Source: Eledone cirrhosa
Lineage: Eukaryota
Assembly (NCBI GenBank): GCA_964016885.1
Contig: OZ024741.1
Location: 250,976,001 to 251,040,000, forward strand
DNA: 64,000 nucleotides
Direction: 5' to 3'
Shown here: one piece after another, positions 62,771-64,000 of the stretch
Numbering within the stretch: position 1 is the stretch's first letter
Layout of the letters: each line of letters begins with the position of its first letter
The notes under the pieces: generated by a model
Seen by the model: only the letters and a program-made list of their open reading frames with translations
What the model was told of the DNA's origin: nothing
The model's database searches: none
Position numbers and translations under genes: made by a program

Positions 62771-64000
62771 GGTAATTTCTAGCCGTCCAAGGGGAGATAA
62801 TTTGCAGCCAACGGGAGATAATTTCCAGCCGTCCAAGGGGAGATAATTTCCAGCCGTGCAAGGGGAGATAATTTGTAAAAAAAATCAGGGGGAGATGATT
62901 TCCATCCAGCCAAGGAGAGATAATTTTAAAAAAATCAGGCGGAGATAATTTGTAAAAAAAAAAATCAGGGGGAGATAATTTGTAAAAAAAAATCAGGGGG
63001 AGATAATTTGTAAAAAAAATCAAGGGGAGATAATTTCCAGCCGTCCAAGGGGAGATAATTTCCAGCCAGCGAAGGGGAGATAATTTTTTTTTTTAAATCA
63101 GGGGTAGATTGGTAAAAAAAAATCACGGGGAGATAATTTGTAAAAAAATCAAGTGGAGATAATTTCCAGCCGTCGAAGGAGAGATAATTTATAGCCGTCC
63201 AAGGGGAGATAATTTCCAGCAAGCCAAGGGAGATAATTTTTTTAAAAAATCAGGCGGAGATGATTTGTAAAAAAATCAGGTGGAGATAATTTGTTAAAAC
63301 AAATCAGGGGGCGATAATTTCCAGCCGTCCAAGGGGAGATAATTTCCAGCCGTCCAAGGGGAGATAATTTTTTTTTTTAAATCAGAGGAGATAATTTGTA
63401 AAAAAAATCAGCGGAAGATAATTTGTGAAAAAAATCAGGGGGAGATAATTTGTAAAAAAAAATCAGGGGGAGCTAATTTGTAAAAAAATATCAGGGGGAG
63501 ATAATTTCCAGCCAGCCAAGGGGAGATAATTTCCAGCCAAGGGGAGATAATTTCCAGCCGTCCAAGGGGAGATAATTTTTTAAAAAATCAGGTGGAGATA
63601 GTTTGTAAAAAAATCAGGGGAAGATAATTTGTAAAAACAAAATCAAGGGCAGATAATTTCCAGCCGTCCAAGGGGAGATAATTTCCAGCAGTGCAAGGGG
63701 AGATAATTTCCAGCCGTCCAAGGGGAGATAATTTCCATCCTTCCAAGGGGAGATAATTTCCAGCCGTCCAAGGGGAGATAATTTCCCGCCAGCCAAGGGA
63801 AGATAATACTTTAAAAAATCAGGCGGAGATAATTTGTAAAAAAAATCAGGGGGAGATAATTTGTAAAAAAATCGGGGGGAGATAATTTGTAAAAAAAAAA
63901 TCAGGGGGAGATAATTTGGAAAAAAAATCAGGGGTAGATAATTTGTAAAAAAAAAATCAGGGGGAGATAATTTGGAAAAAAAAATCAAGGGGAGATAATT
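62770..64000 (+). repeat. More divergent sub-family of the same satellite, partly paralogous to ~12170-13000
   Basis: Same monomer order as the GTAGATTGGT/TCACGGGG/GTCGAAGG block, but with private variants: AAGTGGAG ~63151, GTTAAAACAAATC ~63294, CAGCGGAAG ~63409, GATAGTTTG ~63597, AATACTTT ~63805. Confidence 0.75.

Larger units (their letters stand above)
1..64000 (+). repeat. Composite tandem satellite array of interspersed 25-bp type A and ~27-bp type B monomers, head-to-tail, extending beyond both window edges
   Basis: GGAGATAATTT or a close variant recurs every ~21-30 bp from the first to the last base. It is followed by either CCAGCCGTCCAA (A) or GT(A)nTCA (B). I saw no unique interruption and no inverted monomer. 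Confidence 0.99.

Noticed and set aside
248-63988. Numerous minus-strand ORFs (60-213 aa) of WKLSPLGRLEIISPWTAGNYLPLDG / FFYKLSPPD repeats as protein-coding genes
   Set aside because: They overlap in all three frames and the listed starts are TTG alternative codons inside the monomer. Monomer lengths (21-30 bp) and homopolymer indels show no frame preservation, and there are no unique N- or C-terminal domains.
1-64000. CRISPR array (constant repeat plus spacers)
   Set aside because: The constant part is only ~11-15 bp and the spacers are ~10-15 bp of just two recurring types rather than unique sequences. There is no leader and no cas gene.
1-64000. Telomeric repeat array
   Set aside because: There is a G-run strand bias, but the two-monomer composition, heritable point variants and kb-scale higher-order duplications indicate recombinational amplification, not templated telomerase addition. 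A subtelomeric location cannot be excluded.
1-64000. G-quadruplex array from GGGG/GGGGG runs on the + strand
   Set aside because: The G-runs are separated by ~21-24-nt loops, far longer than the canonical 1-7 nt, so stable intramolecular G4 is not supported.
1-64000. Embedded transposon, rDNA spacer, tRNA or plasmid iteron region
   Set aside because: No non-satellite sequence, terminal repeats, target-site duplications, rRNA/tRNA sequence or rep gene is visible anywhere in the window.

Overview
The whole 64-kb window is one uninterrupted, single-orientation tandem satellite array of roughly 2,400-2,500 short monomers (estimated from 64,000/~26 bp). It contains no unique sequence, gene, RNA gene, transposon or CRISPR array that I can support. 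Two monomer families share the core GGAGATAATTT. Type A is 25 bp, AAGGGGAGATAATTTCCAGCCGTCC (52% GC). Type B is ~26-30 bp, AGGGGGAGATAATTTGT(A)7-11TC (~30% GC). A junction variant, type C (GATAA-(T)n-(A)n-TCAGGCGG), often links them. Runs of A and B alternate, follow consistent junction rules, and are nested in higher-order repeats and segmental duplications at offsets of about 0.5-0.7, 2.2, 2.8, 3.4-3.7, 6.1, 8.0, 18.2 and 21.1 kb. All supplied ORFs are artefacts of a stop-free minus strand of monomer A. The architecture resembles a eukaryotic (peri)centromeric or heterochromatic satellite, but I cannot name the species or satellite family. The real interest lies in the binary A/B grammar, the readable duplication and conversion history, and the dense GATA-containing quasi-palindromic core. 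I see no evidence for a new protein-coding system.
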